Assembly: GCA_036172245.1 (NCBI GenBank)
Contig: JAYWIR010000014.1
Coordinates: 248,001-312,000, forward strand
Direction: 5' to 3'
Source of the DNA: Raillietiella orientalis
Lineage: Eukaryota
DNA: 64,000 nucleotides
Each line of letters starts with the position of its first letter. The first letter of the stretch is position 1. The translations under genes and the position numbers were made by a program. This document shows, one piece after another, positions 13,904 to 24,240 of the stretch. Below the pieces are notes generated by a model. The model saw nothing but the letters and a program-made list of their open reading frames with translations, did no database searches and was not told the DNA's origin.

Positions 13904-14265
13904 CAGTGGTATCTCGATAGTCGTCGGTAATTCGTTCCAGAACTCGTGACGAGTTCCGAAACCAACGAGTACCGAACAAGTTCTTTCCTAGGCTTCGTTG
14001 TATCATTTTTAACCATTTTAGAACCTATGATTAACGCTTAAAATGCACAGAAAGTACACAAAAAGGAAAGATTCGGTAGGCATTCTATGCAAGTGTTTGG
14101 CACTGTTCGCGAGCTACCATGAGACGAAAGCGTTCACTTGTTTCATCATGAAAGGGGGCGTCGAGTTCCGAGCATGAGCCGAGTGTCGGAACTTTTTATT
14201 TGTCAAAATGAGACGAGTACCGAGTTTGACGAGTTTCAACACCGTCGAATACTGACGTACTACTG
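13904..14265. mobile_element. Non-autonomous Tc1/mariner-superfamily (pogo/Tigger-like) element, MITE, 362 bp
   Basis: TA on both sides (13902-13903, 14266-14267). Left end CAGTGGTATCTCGATAGTCGTCG vs reverse complement of right end CAGTAGTACGTCAGTATTCGACG (16/23 identical). Internal repeats of GACGAGT(A/T)CCGA near both ends. No ORF; sits in an AT-rich island. Confidence 0.75.
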
Positions 14266-16914
14266 TAATTAACAAGCTATTAATTTTATCAACAAAATGC
14301 ATGTTACTGAACCTTAATAAATATATCTGCTCCCGCAACACTACTGTTAATAATAAGTACTAATTAAAATAAATTTGCATGTCAATCTATGTGAAATGGG
14401 CATACACGCTTACTTTTCACGCTCTTGGCAGGATTTTGGTCGTTCGAAATTTTGAACCGGACCCATATCTTGTGGGGTGAGGAGCCTTTGCCAGGCGAGT
14501 GCGCCTTCTCCGTGGTCCAAATTCCGGCTCTCCCTGCTGGCGAGAGGGAGTGAAAGGTTGCCGCGAGGCCAGGACTGCTTGCCTGAACGTCGGTGTTGCC
14601 GCTGGGCTGAAGGTTGTGGTGGTCTCCTTCTGCAGGCGCGACCGCTTGGGTCCGCGCACGCTCGGCTGGAAGGTGTCCAGCCTCACGGGAGGGAGGGCAG
14701 ATCTGTCCAGCTTGCACAAGTGGCCGAGATGAGACCTTCCGAGCACCGCAGGCCGCTCGAACGGGAGAAAATGGGCGTTCGAACGAGTGTCCTCAGCAGA
14801 AAAGAAGATGAGAAGCGAGAGGATCGAAATTCATGGAAGCACAGGTGTTGCCGATGATGACTCAGAGTTTTTTGTGTGCAGAAGCAGGAAAATGCCTTGG
14901 GATGCAAGCAAAATGCAGATGCAGGAGCTCAGCTGCTGCATTTTCCGAAGGGAACACACAAAAAACATAGAAATAAATTCGCAAGACATCAAAGTGTCGG
15001 GATGCACCAGACGGGGCGCTATGGCCTGAACTTGGCGTTCCGGGATGAGGGTTCCCACCCTTCGTCTTCTTTTTTCCGAAGGGTAAGAATCACGAAGGGA
15101 AGCACGTGAGCCGATCATGATGGAAAACCGATGCTGGGAAGCGTACTGAATGCTGAAACCTGCCATAGATGAGGCTGCAGAGCTGCCAAAGAAAAGGCTC
15201 TTCTTGGGGGCGCTTCCAAGGAGCGCAGGTGCCTTAGAGCGGTTCTTGCGTGACAGCATAATGGAACTAATGAGGAAGGAAGGAAGGAAGGGGGAAAAGA
15301 GAGGGGACGATTTCTGCAAAGGGAAGGCGCTCGGCGGTGACCCCGGTACTTCAAGGTAATCACCGTGCTTTCCAGATAATCGGCGAGGAGGACGCGAGCA
15401 CAGCGCGCGCGCATCGGAGAAACGGATCTCACAGTAAATCTTTTTTCCACATGGAGAGACCTGCGAAAGGAGAGCGAGGTTGCTCCCTCCAGTTTCCGCA
15501 GCTCCGAGACGCAGGTCATAATGGCTGGGTGCTCAGAGAAGGCGAGCGTGAGAAACAATCGGAGGGCGTTCGGCGCGCTGCATCTTAAACAGAGGAAATG
15601 CTAGAGGAGGAGCGGGGAAGGGAAACGTTGAACCCTAATTAGCGATGCAGTTAGTATAAAAGGGATACCTCAGGAGTGAGTATTTCGGGAAGGACTCTGC
15701 TCGAAGGAGGCTTCGTGCAGCATCTGAGGAGAAAGTGCGACGTGAGTTAAAACAGTCGGATCTTCGCGAGCGGGGCGAACATTATGGTTGCCTGGTCCCC
15801 AGCTATTTTTCCCTAACACGCGAAAGTTGCAGAGGCTGGGGGGATGCAAGAGGCGACAGTGTTTTGACGTATGCCGCACAAGTGGCAAAGGGTTCGCTCT
15901 CGGTGGTGGTGGTGAGTGGTTCACGTCTTAGAAAGGGAAGACGAAGTTTGAATCTCACCGCAAACTTGAGCTAGCCGCAGTTACCGGAGAAACCAGTTGC
16001 CGCTCTCCTAGATAGCATGCAGATCTCAGCCGCCCAGCCCCTCTCACTTCCCGATGTCTCGCAACCGGTGACCAGGAACAAACCGAGACACTTCCCTTTT
16101 TCCTTTTCATTTTTTTTTTTTTTTTGCACCGCCTCGCTGCCGTAGAGCATCCGGTGGTTTTCGATCGCCGCAGATTTCGCTCGACGGTCTCTGCCCGCCG
16201 CTCGGCTCTCTGGGGATCTCGTTGGGGATCTTCCCACAGACACCGAAACGGTGTTCGGAAAAGTCTCTGTGGTCAAGGCCACGATCTGGAATCCACAAAC
16301 AGCTTTCCTTCCCTGTGAGAGGCAGAGAACGCCATATTCCCCTTCTTTTCTTTTCTATTCTTTTTCCTTCCCAAAGCTGGGGGGATCTCTGAGGAGACTT
16401 GAGACAGCGCAGCCTGCCCCGGCATATCCGGGTGAAAACGCAGTCTTTCATTTTTTTGTTGAGGTTAGCCGCCACCAGCTCTTGAGGTGCTGGGCGCATG
16501 AGAAAACACATATTGATGAGAATCATTTCGCGAAGGAGTCCATGCGTGCTCTCTTTCATCATTGTTTCCTGCCGTCACGAAACTCTACAGCCTGACAGCG
16601 AAAGAACATGGCGAAGAGCAAGTCAGATCGACGTTCCATCTTGTCGTACCTCTCTGTCTGGCACTCCACGGAACGAAAGAAAAAAAGGAAAAAAAACATG
16701 GAGGAAGAATAAAAAAAAAAGGCGTCTTGGAGATCTGTTGAAGCGGATTGACCCTCAGCCAGTTGCGCGTGCCTCTCCTAGAAGAGAACCGTCTTCTGCT
16801 CTCCTGCATCGCGCGATGGTCTCATCAGAGGTGAGGTAACCATGCGTGTCGGTCCTCGGGCACGCTGCTGGAGCCACCTACGTGCTGGGGTCGCACAAAC
16901 GGCACACGCAACAC

Positions 16915-17240
16915 AGGCTGAGCTTCTTTTCTATAAAATGGAGCAAAGGTCCCCTAAAATTCGATGGAAAGAGGACTGGATCTTCGGATGCGTAGCTCTC
17001 GAAGCCAATGCCCACGAACGGAAGACGAGGTCCTCCTCCGCAGTATTCAAGAGGGATTCGCTGGAGCTCTCGGAATAGATAAAAGCTGTGAACGTTTCCG
17101 CGAGGACCACAGCCTTTGCAGAGTCAACAGGAAGACGCTATCCCAGACTCAAACCGGGACCTCTCCCTTTTCTCATATCAGCACTTCCAGCTGCTCTTCT
17201 CTTCGTTTCTCCCAAGTTACATCGAGGACATTCCCAGAGC
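16915..17240 (+). mobile_element. Possible decayed non-LTR RT fragment
   Basis: LLFYKMEQ...DWI then LLFSSFLPSYIEDIP (cf. LLYKL..WI ... LLF.IYINDIP), in different frames. Confidence 0.25.
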
Positions 17241-20200
17241 CAGTGTCGTCGTTCTTTCCACTCCCGTTCCGCTCTCTTCCCTCGAGGTCCTTTCGCTCTC
17301 CAGAGCCCTCAAAGGCTATTCTGCCTGGAAGTGGGACCTTTGTTCGCCGTCTCTTTTCGCTCAAGCAGAGAAGGCTCTTCCGCGGTTTCTCCACGCGATC
17401 ATCCTGAAACGCAGACCTTTTTGGCGTGCCGATTCATTCCGCAGCTTCTCTGCTTCCTCAGAGAAACAGTTACCCTCCCCCTCCATCCCTCTCTCCCTCT
17501 TTTTAAATAAGATGAATAAGTGATGCGTTTTGAAGTATCTGAAGAGATTGCAGGATCAATCGGGCGTTCCTGAACGCGGAGAGATGCTCAGGCGTCTGTC
17601 CGTCTGCAACCGGCTCTGTTTGAACAGCGGGGATGTTGCTCCTTCCCTCCCCCTCCCTCTGTTCCGTTGAGTCACTGTTTGCGCATCCTTTCCTAGGGAT
17701 GCCGATTCAAAGTGTTTCCAGAAGTTCGTCTTCATCGCAGAGTGCACTCGAGTCATTCCAAGCGCACTTGGGCGGCCTCGCCATCTCGAAGTGCCCGCTG
17801 AGCGGGTGCATTACCGGTCCATGATCACCACTGGATGAGGCACTCTCGGAGGCATCTGACGAATCCCATTTTTTTTTTTGGGCCTCTCTCTTCCTCCCCC
17901 ACTGTCGGCCCTTCGACTCTTTTGTTGAATGCGACTTCTTGCCATGATTCCGCTGCGCTTCCTTTAGCCTCTAACTTGGCAACAGCCTCGACGTCTGTAT
18001 GCTACGACAAGGGCCGTCGCTGCCTGGTTAGATCCACATCGCGTCAGGAAGGCCCCTGCATTGGGGACTCTGAGACAGTCCTTCCTCCTCGAGTAAGGCC
18101 TTTCAGCTTTATGAATCCTTGCGTACACCCGAGTTTCCGGTTCAGCTGTTCTCCAACAAAATGGCAGAAGGGGATTCCCAACCATTTACCTTCATCCGCG
18201 ATCCGCTAACTAGCCCAACATCAAAACGCTACGAGTCGTTCCCCTCGCCGTTCCGGGAATGGATCTCTGAATTTCTCTTCTTGCTGTCCTCTCTTAGTCT
18301 TCCCGGATCTTCTCGAGGAGTGCGCAGATCTATGCATCTGCGGTCTCCCTTCTCTTCCACAGACGCATCGCAGATCCCTCAGGGCTTCTCTGCCTTGGAG
18401 GACGTTCGTCTCCCCTCCTGAAACCTCCTCTCCTTCCCTTCTCTATCCTGATTCTCTTTAGGCACCTTCGCTCCATCGATTGCATCCCATTCTTCTACAA
18501 TCTCATCTGTGTGCCTTCGTTCACACCCACTTCCGACCTCGGATCACTCTGGATCGGCCTCTGCAATACATGCGTTTTGTTTTCTTTTGTTCGCAAGAGA
18601 GCGCACCTCGGTACCGCCTCGAGTTTCGCTTCAAGAAACCCCGTCCGTCGCTCAAGAGGGCAGGATGGGTGTCTCCTTTTCTGCTTTATTTTTAATCCCA
18701 CCCTCCCTTTCTGCAGAGCAAGTTCGTGGAGTAACCCCGAGTTACTCCTTGAACGCGTGAGAGAGCGAAGGTTGCATGAGGAAGCGCGGCGCGTCTTCTG
18801 GTAGGAAAACAGCAAGCAGGGTCCTCATCTGCGCATGGGATAAATGCAAGGTCAGCCGAGGATGAAAAAAAAAAATCCCGATTTCGTAGCGCTAGGGGCC
18901 GTTGGCAGTTGTCTCGCCAGGTTGTGATTGATCATCTGGGTTTTTCCGTAGCTCACATAGAGGGACGTAGGAAACCCCCGAGATTCCAAGGATGTTGTGA
19001 TTGAAAGCTTGCTTTGGCGGAGGATGTGATGTAAAGCGCGGTGAGCGCGGGAAGCCATCGCGATGGGACTGCTGGCTCCCGGACGCGAAGCCAAAGCTGT
19101 TTCCAAGACAAGCCTGCTGCGGACTTGGGCTGCAAACCTCTACCGAAGGCTCCTCACCTGCGGCTACGGCGCCTCTCGCGAGTTAAATGATGCTTGCTGG
19201 AGGAAGGGAACGCAGTGAAGGCGGTCTGGGAGGACAGAGAGGCGCGCTCCCGAAAAATCCTTTCCCAACAGTGACCAGAATTGCCCTGAGCGATCCACAG
19301 GTCCTCCAGAAAGGAACGCATCGAGCTCGCTTGCCGAAGGTCCATGTTTCATTTCGTTTTCTTCTTTGCTTGCGAAAGAGCTTTTTCTTTCATTTCTTCT
19401 TGCGGAAGAGCTCGGGATCCTCATAAGGAACCGGAGAGCTCGTTGCAGGGATGGGACGAATTTATGGGTTGATTGTGGAAGCAGTACTTCCATCCGGAAG
19501 GAGGAAGGGTGAAGGTCGCGGTAGGGCGATTTGATCGAAACTGATGACCACGTGGTTGCACGTTGGTGAACACCGCGTTCGTGGTGGCGCGTTCCGAAAG
19601 AGGGAGGTTGATGACTGGTCCGAGAAGCTGTGTGGGATAGGCGAAAGCCTCCACTATCTTGGGGACGAAATCGGAGAAAGGTGAGAACTTCCAGGATCGG
19701 TCTCCCTGACATTGGTGCGTTCCTCCCCGCATCGTGGACAACGGTTCGATCAAATTTTCGGATGCTCTGATCAGAGGGCACGAGTCTTCGGGGCGAGCCG
19801 GTTCCGGGAAGGGGGGAGGACGACCGTTCGATGCATGCGCACCGGGACTGGGGCAGGTGACTTCTGACAGGGTGGACATCCTCTGAGGTGCGACGAATCA
19901 CCGGGAGATTTTTGTTGATCTCACTGACGCCATGGATGCCGCTAGCAGGGAACCTCACTGTTTCCAACAGAACGCCCCCACCTTTGCGGAACTTCGGACC
20001 CTTGTTCCAGTGTCTTGTCAGATGTCAGATGCTTCAGTCCGAGGAGCTGCCCTGCCGAACTGAATCCGAGAAAAACCTCCCTCGAGCTCTCTATTACCGT
20101 CCCTTTCCAGGTTTCTTGCGACCGAGCGCTGGAAGATGTCGTTCCTCTGGGATAGAAACAAGAGGAAACAAGAGGTTTCCATAAGATGAAATTCCGTATA

Positions 20201-21153
20201 ATGTCGGGGGAGATAGAGGAAGATGAAATCCTGATGGATCGGTGACACGAGAAGATTACACTAATTGCCGCTAAGTTCTCACGCTTTGTTCGCGTATTGC
20301 TACCCGTGCAAGCTGCGATCTCTTTTGTGAGTCGAGATGGTGAGTTTCATCTCCCAGGAGCTTCTGCATTCACCTCGGTGGAAACCTACAGCGTTTATTC
20401 CTTGGTGATTGCGAGCATACACCAAATCGCATTCCTTGTGCACGCCGGTTTGCAGAGATCCTTTCCAACGTTGCCTCCGTTAATCGAAACCATTTCTTCC
20501 TTCCTTTTATTATCCGCTTCCCTGGTAACATCACGCAGAATGATAGTTTGTCATCGAAAAAAAAAAAAAAAAACACATACATATATACAAAAATGGACAG
20601 AATCAAGGTCACCTGCATTAAAGCCATCATCACGGAAGTGGGAGCTTGTCGCTCGGTGATTTAAAACGTCAACCGCGAAAACATCTGCATCCGGCCACAG
20701 CTATTGAAAAAAAAAATAAGCAAAGCGATGTCTTTGGACCAAACGGTGGACGGCTCTCTCCATCTCACTGCTAATTAGCACCTGTCTGTTCCTCGAAAAA
20801 CTCATTTTTATGCAGCTGTTTCCCCCCCTCCCCTCACCCCCGTTCACAAAAAGAGACACCGCCGGAAGCACAGGAAGGCAGAGGCAGTTTGACCGAGTCG
20901 GATTTCTGGCATCCCCTGCTACGTGGCTGCGGGGTCGCTCGTCCGTTCCCCTTCACGAAGACGGATCCGCGAATGACCCTTCCTCCTTGCCAACAAACGA
21001 GCGCGTTCCCTCTGGCGAGATTCGGGTGTGCTTCTGCACCTCGTACCTTGTACCCTGAGAGGACAAGTACGCATGGAAACGAACCACGCTATGCGGTGGC
21101 TTGCGGACGGCATCCTGAATGAAGAGAAACCCCGCGCCACTGCAAGATCCAAG

Positions 21154-21183
21154 TTCTTTCTCAGTAACCGTGCATCTTTCCAG
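21154..21183 (+). other. 3' splice acceptor of the trn/caps coding exon
   Basis: ttctttctcagtaaccgtgcatctttccag|G: pyrimidine tracts, a branch-like TAAC and TTTCCAG ending at 21183, 39 nt upstream of the signal-peptide ATG. Implies an upstream non-coding exon. Confidence 0.65.
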
Positions 21184-21222
21184 GTGGATTCTTCATGGTC
21201 CCCGCTGAGGGGCGAAGGCAAC

Positions 21223-22719
21223 ATGAGATCCATAACCATCCGCGTGCAATGGAACATATACCTGTCTCTGTTTGTGCATCGGATGGTCCATTCAACCGAT
21301 CTGTGTCCCAACGGTTGTGACTGTAACGAAGATACTTTGGTAGTTCAGTGCCTCAACAGCCACTTGGACGTGTTCCCCATCACATTGAACCCCATGATCC
21401 GCAAACTGGACCTCAGAGGGAATCACATATCCGAGTTCAAAGACGCCATCACCCTTTACATGGAGATCGGGGTCTTGGATCTCTCCTCCAACAGACTGAC
21501 ATCGCTCGACGGTCAGGGATTCCGCGACCTGAGCAGGATGACCGAGCTGCGACTATCCAGGAACCTCATCGAGGAGCTGAGTCCTTCCAATTTGGCGCAT
21601 CTCGGCAGCCTCATCATACTGGACCTCAGCTACAACAGGATCAAGGATGTGAAGACGCAGGTCTTCCAGCATCTAAAATCTCTCAGGGTGCTGTATCTGA
21701 GCGGGAATGGCCTCCGCTTCCTGCATCCCCGCTCTCTGGATGGACTAAGCGTCCTGGAGACGCTCATCCTCAGCGAGAATTTGCTGAATCACCTCTCCTT
21801 TCCCGCGCTCTTGGTCACGTCCTCCTCTTTGCTGCATCTGGACATGAGGGCCAATGAGATCCGGGAGCTGCCGTCTGGCTCGTTCCGGAACCTGACCTCC
21901 CTGTCCTTCCTCGACATAAGCGATCAGCCCCTGGCTTCCTTAGGAGCAAACGTCTTCCAAGGACTGAGAAACCTGAGGATGCTGAAGATAAGGAACAACA
22001 ACCTGGAGGATCTGTCCGAGATCGACTGGCGCCACGTCCCCCTCCTGACCGAACTTTACTGTGGGGGGAACCGCTTCAGAAAGCTGTCTCAGGATTCCCT
22101 GAGGCATCTGTCCAAGCTGCGGGTCTTCGAGCTCAGCAAGTGCGAGAGCTTCGAACGCATCGAGGGCGGAGCCTTCGAACCGTGCTTCGACCTGGAAACG
22201 GTCGTCGTCGACCAGAATCCCAAGCTGACCTGGATCGACGCGGACGCCTTCCGCGGATTGCGCCAGATCCGGTACGTCAGCATTCAAAAGTGTGGCCTGC
22301 GGACCCTAGCAGGACTCCCCGGCGTCCCCCTCCGGCTGGATCTGACCGACAACCCCTTGAACTGCAACTGCTCCTTGCGCTGGTTGAGGCATCCGCCTAC
22401 CAACTACTCCCTGGTGGGCCGGGCGACGTGTATGGAACCGGACAGTCTGATCAACCAGACTCTCAGCAGCATTGCGTACCGGGACCTCCAGTGCTCCGGA
22501 TCCACGACCCTGTGGGTGGTGTTGGTGGCCGGGATTTCGGCAATGCTCGTGGTGGCCGCTGCGGCCGCGTGCCGCACCTTGAGCTGCAGAAAGAAGGCGA
22601 AGAATTGCGAGAAGAAGGATTTGTGGAAGCAGGAAGAGAAGTCCAGGTATTTCTACGAGGACGGTTATTTCTTTGAGAGCAACGGGAAGCGCAGCCATAT
22701 CCCGATAACCGAGCTGTGA
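21223..22719 (+). CDS. trn/caps: Tartan/Capricious-family leucine-rich-repeat type I transmembrane protein (498 aa, single coding exon)
   Basis: Part of ORF 21028-22719. From the ATG at 21223 (context CAAC-ATG): signal-peptide-like MRSITIRVQWNIYLSLFVHRMVHS. Then LRRNT CPNGCDCNEDTLVVQC followed by LDVFPITLNP, closely resembling the Drosophila Trn/Caps N-terminus as I recall it. About 14 LxxLxLxxN repeats, LRRCT NPLNCNCSLRWL..ATCMEP..DLQC, TM LWVVLVAGISAMLVVAAAAAC (~22510-22572), and a short tail ending HIPITEL*. Which paralog cannot be decided by eye. Confidence 0.93.
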   Translation: MRSITIRVQWNIYLSLFVHRMVHSTDLCPNGCDCNEDTLVVQCLNSHLDVFPITLNPMIRKLDLRGNHISEFKDAITLYMEIGVLDLSSNRLTSLDGQGFRDLSRMTELRLSRNLIEELSPSNLAHLGSLIILDLSYNRIKDVKTQVFQHLKSLRVLYLSGNGLRFLHPRSLDGLSVLETLILSENLLNHLSFPALLVTSSSLLHLDMRANEIRELPSGSFRNLTSLSFLDISDQPLASLGANVFQGLRNLRMLKIRNNNLEDLSEIDWRHVPLLTELYCGGNRFRKLSQDSLRHLSKLRVFELSKCESFERIEGGAFEPCFDLETVVVDQNPKLTWIDADAFRGLRQIRYVSIQKCGLRTLAGLPGVPLRLDLTDNPLNCNCSLRWLRHPPTNYSLVGRATCMEPDSLINQTLSSIAYRDLQCSGSTTLWVVLVAGISAMLVVAAAAACRTLSCRKKAKNCEKKDLWKQEEKSRYFYEDGYFFESNGKRSHIPITEL

Positions 22720-22770
22720 TGCAAACTACAGAGGAAGGGTGCCCGCGAGCGGGAATGTCTCAAGAGAGGA

Positions 22771-22776
22771 AATAAA
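22771..22776 (+). terminator. Candidate polyadenylation signal of the trn/caps-like gene
   Basis: AATAAA ~50 nt after the stop, followed ~20 nt later by a U-rich tract (gtctttttctttg). Confidence 0.4.
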
Positions 22777-23589
22777 CAGCATCCTTTTCAGAAGAGTCTT
22801 TTTCTTTGACTCTTCCCGTTTCTCCCATATTCCTCCGCTGCAACGGTTGCCTTGGGAGGGGCACGAAAGATGAAGCGTTTCCTTCCCTCCCCTATTCCCC
22901 TTCATTCCTCTCATCCTCCCCTCTTCTCTCTCCATCCCCTCTTTGACAAGCTCAAAACCTTTGCGTTAGTGAGTGTGGAGGGGGAATCCCCGAATCAAGA
23001 ATCTTCCCGGAACGCGTTTCTTGACAGCGTCCCTGGAGGGCATGTGGGCAGAAGAGAGGGGTGTGCGCTTTTGAGGGACAAGCTGCCTCTGTTCCAGACA
23101 AAAGCAGCTACTTGGATCGCACTCTGGGATGCGCGCTGCCCTCTTTCTCGGATCCTCCGGGAGTGGCCTGCCCTGCCTCCGAGACAGAGACGTTCGCGCC
23201 TTCCATCATCGATCGGGGGCTGAAGGGTTCCTCGGATTCGGGTGCTTGCAGGAGGGTTTGATAGTGACCTTGCCTGGCGCCGCTATCTGCGCCGATCTTG
23301 GTGGCAATGGCGAGCGCTCAAGTGGGATCCCGGAGGTCTGATGCAGAAAAGGAGGAAAGTCTATGCAAATAGTCCTTGAGAGCGATCCAGTAGATGCTAA
23401 GTGCTCGCAGAAATGGAGGAAAGCTTGCACCATCCAAGGGGACCACCTGAATCCCACATCTGTTCCTGAAGCACATCATATATTTTCTTTCGAAAGAATC
23501 GGCGGCCCCTATCCCGTGGGTTTTATTGCTCTGCATCCCATCTTCCACACAGACTAACTGAGCCGCCCACTCAGCAGAACGGAAGCACC

Positions 23590-23992
23590 CGCGTTGGCGG
23601 CTGTGTGGCTGCGGCTGCCGGGGCGTGGCGCTGGACGTCACAGGTTCGAATCCCCCCGTGAAGGGTCAGCTCCGAGAAATGGTGGTGCGCCGTGGGTTTT
23701 GAGTCCTCTCCTTCCCTGTAGAATGCCCTGGTCGGTTTAGGAGGGCTTCGGGTGCGGCAGCACTGGTGGGATGCTTGTGCGCATTGAAAACCGTCTGACC
23801 GAGCGACTGGCCGGGATTGGAATTTCACCATCCGGGGTCCTTCCAGGAATCACGGAGCCGGTTCCACCAGTTGTGCAAATGGATCTGCCCTCCAACGCGT
23901 TCCACAGAGCTGCTTTCTTCCCTCTCCTCGGAGTAGCACCCTTCAGAGGAGTAAACAAGAAACGGTTCCCTTGCGGAGGAAGAGGAACGAGT
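23590..23992 (+). mobile_element. tRNA-derived SINE-like repeat, copy A
   Basis: Perfect Pol III B box GGTTCGAATCC at 23643-23653 with a degenerate A-box-like region upstream. Colinear similarity over ~400 bp to the reverse complement of 63419-63842, including the identical 22-mer TCCGGGGTCCTTCCAGGAATCA (23831-23852). Ends approximate. Confidence 0.7.
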
Positions 23993-24109
23993 CAAAAGAG
24001 GAACGGATGGTTTTCATCAGGGTGGTCCCGTCGGAGGTTGCCTGAGTTACGCTCACCCTTAGGTGTCGCGGACAGCCCCCCCGAATGTGGTGACGTCGAA
24101 TAGGCATCT

Positions 24110-24240
24110 CCGAGGGACGCTTCTAAGCGGCGGATGGTTTTCGAGCACATCTTAGCGAACCCCAAGAGGATTTCCATCATCCTAGACCCATGCTCTAAGC
24201 GACTTCTCCCTCTGGCTACACAGAGCACCCTCTCCTGAAG
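24110..24240 (-). mobile_element. Possible decayed LINE ORF2 C-terminal fragment
   Basis: RSRLEHGS....KTIRRLEA (cf. RSRLEYGS.VW..NIRRLESVQ). Confidence 0.35.

Noticed and set aside
21028..21222. 65-aa N-terminal extension of the LRR ORF
   Set aside because: Begins at a non-ATG codon, has no signal peptide, and crosses a strong splice acceptor; probably intron/UTR.
21348..22698. Alternative-frame and antisense ORFs overlapping the LRR gene
   Set aside because: Expected shadows of GC3-rich codon usage; no recognisable domains.
23597..23660. Functional tRNA gene
   Set aside because: B box is present but I could not fold acceptor, D or anticodon stems, and there is no oligo-T terminator; better explained as a SINE head.
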